A program made the position numbers and the translations under genes. A stretch of DNA of 63,877 nt, filler included, from Welwitschia mirabilis (Eukaryota), in assembly GCA_051453625.1 (NCBI GenBank). It is 6 parts of one record of this genome, joined end to end, with 100 filler letters (N's around TTAATTAATTAA, not from the genome) between each part and the next. Parts side by side here need not be neighbours in the genome. Positions count along the whole stretch, not along the records: positions 62,703 to 63,877 come from JBOZIK010000001.1; 5 more parts are not named here. One strand, 5' to 3'. Position 1 is the first letter of the stretch. Every line of letters begins with the position of its first letter. Shown piece by piece: positions 62,603 through 63,877 of the stretch. Below the pieces are notes generated by a model. It was given only the letters and a program-made list of their open reading frames with translations. It searched no databases and was not told the DNA's origin.

Positions 62603-62702
62603 NNNNNNNNNNNNNNNNNNNNNNNNNNNNNNNNNNNNNNNNNNNNTTAATTAATTAANNNNNNNNNNNNNNNNNNNNNNNNNNNNNNNNNNNNNNNNNN
62701 NN
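62603..62702. other. Artificial scaffold linker
   Basis: 44N-TTAATTAATTAA-44N. Confidence 0.95.
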
Positions 62703-63877
62703 TCTCATCTTGCCTCTCCATAATTCTTCTGCCACTCCGCATTCCTTAGGTTCTGCCCAATATGTGATACTTGCCCGCTAATGTACTAGTAACTCTTCTA
62801 TCGGCTCACATTTGCTGAGCCTCTGCCTGTGGCCCTATCTATACACATACCGCCTTTCATGTGGCTACATCTCCCTATAGCCACCTTCCTCACCAGGGTG
62901 TCAACTGCATTCTTCTCTATGCACCTATGCTTCCTCTCTACTCCGCCAATGCATTCTTATCCCTTTTGCACTCATTCGTACCTAATTCTCCTTCTGTCAT
63001 TACTACTAAGTGCCTTATTCGCACTCATCACATGCATTCATGGACTGTTAACCTTTCACAATACCTCCCTCATTGCCAGTGTTCTTTCTTTCACTACCAT
63101 TCTCTGTTTCTCTTTCCACGTCGACATTTTCTCTAACTGTAGATCACCTATCTACTGATCGCGTGCTGTATAAGTGCTTTGCATGTTGCTGGTCAGACAC
63201 ATCCACGGCCTTGAAGCCTATGCACTCTTATCTGCATTCCTCACCCTGCTTCTGAAAGTGCACCCCCTCCTCTGCATCAGCCTTATGCCATCATAGTGGA
63301 AACCCCTGATGTTCTCCAGCATTGACCTCTGTCGGTTCTCTCAAGTTTCTGGCAGATTCTTAACAGAAACAACTGTTCTTTACATATGAAACATACCTCC
63401 ACTTTACATAAACTACAACAGAGTATGTCCTCCTCATAAGAATGATGCTCTAAAGGTGGCTTCTGTGCATACATTGATATTAATCCTCCACATGCATAAG
63501 ATAAAAGGAAGAGAGATGATAGGCTCCTCAGATAACCCTTTTCCTTCACTAGCTCTGTGGATTCTTTAACTGGAGGAGTATTAACAGTAGATTCCTTTTG
63601 TTATTATGCATCAGTCATTCCTAGGGCCATGTCATGGACAGAACCCGATTATGATATGGAATCATCAAAGGAAGAGATCCTCCTCATTTGGGATGCCTTC
63701 TTATATTTCCTAGAGGCTGACACAGCAAGGTATGTTGGATCACAAGCAGCACACCAAATATATAGACTAAATGCTATAGTAACCTGCCAGTATTAAGGGG
63801 AAAAAAATGAGAGACAAACATAGAAATCTCCATCTAAAACTACAAATTCAAGATGTATTTGAGTTTATGTTGAAAAT

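Overview
AT-rich, gap-riddled land-plant genomic DNA made almost entirely of old, decayed LTR retrotransposons; I see no intact protein-coding or RNA gene. Five artificial 100-bp linkers (44 N + TTAATTAATTAA + 44 N) divide the window into six separately assembled pieces, so adjacency across them may not be biological. Contents: (1) Athila-like Ty3/gypsy elements at 2.3-7.0 kb (-), plus three copies of one family at 25.9-27.9 kb (-), 28.0-34.8 kb (-) and 48.1-53.6 kb (+), plus a gag-protease + ORF2 element lacking RT/integrase at 42.9-48.1 kb (+); (2) two Ty1/copia remnants at 9.8-14.4 kb and 18.3-19.9 kb (both -); (3) Tekay/Del-like chromovirus integrase remnants at 24.6-25.8 kb and 57.1-58.5 kb (-); (4) a very eroded gypsy pol at 37.4-40.7 kb (+). 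The only host-gene sequence is a 5' fragment of an Mx-like/DRP4 dynamin GTPase (34781-34954, -), fused to a truncated Athila LTR. Other points of interest: a decayed antisense ORF downstream of the first element's integrase, an LTR with a PPT on one side and a PBS on the other that joins two different internal regions, and pervasive C>T/G>A decay including CAA>TAA. I found no convincing novel functional system. All calls rest on manual translation and motif recognition, not database searches.
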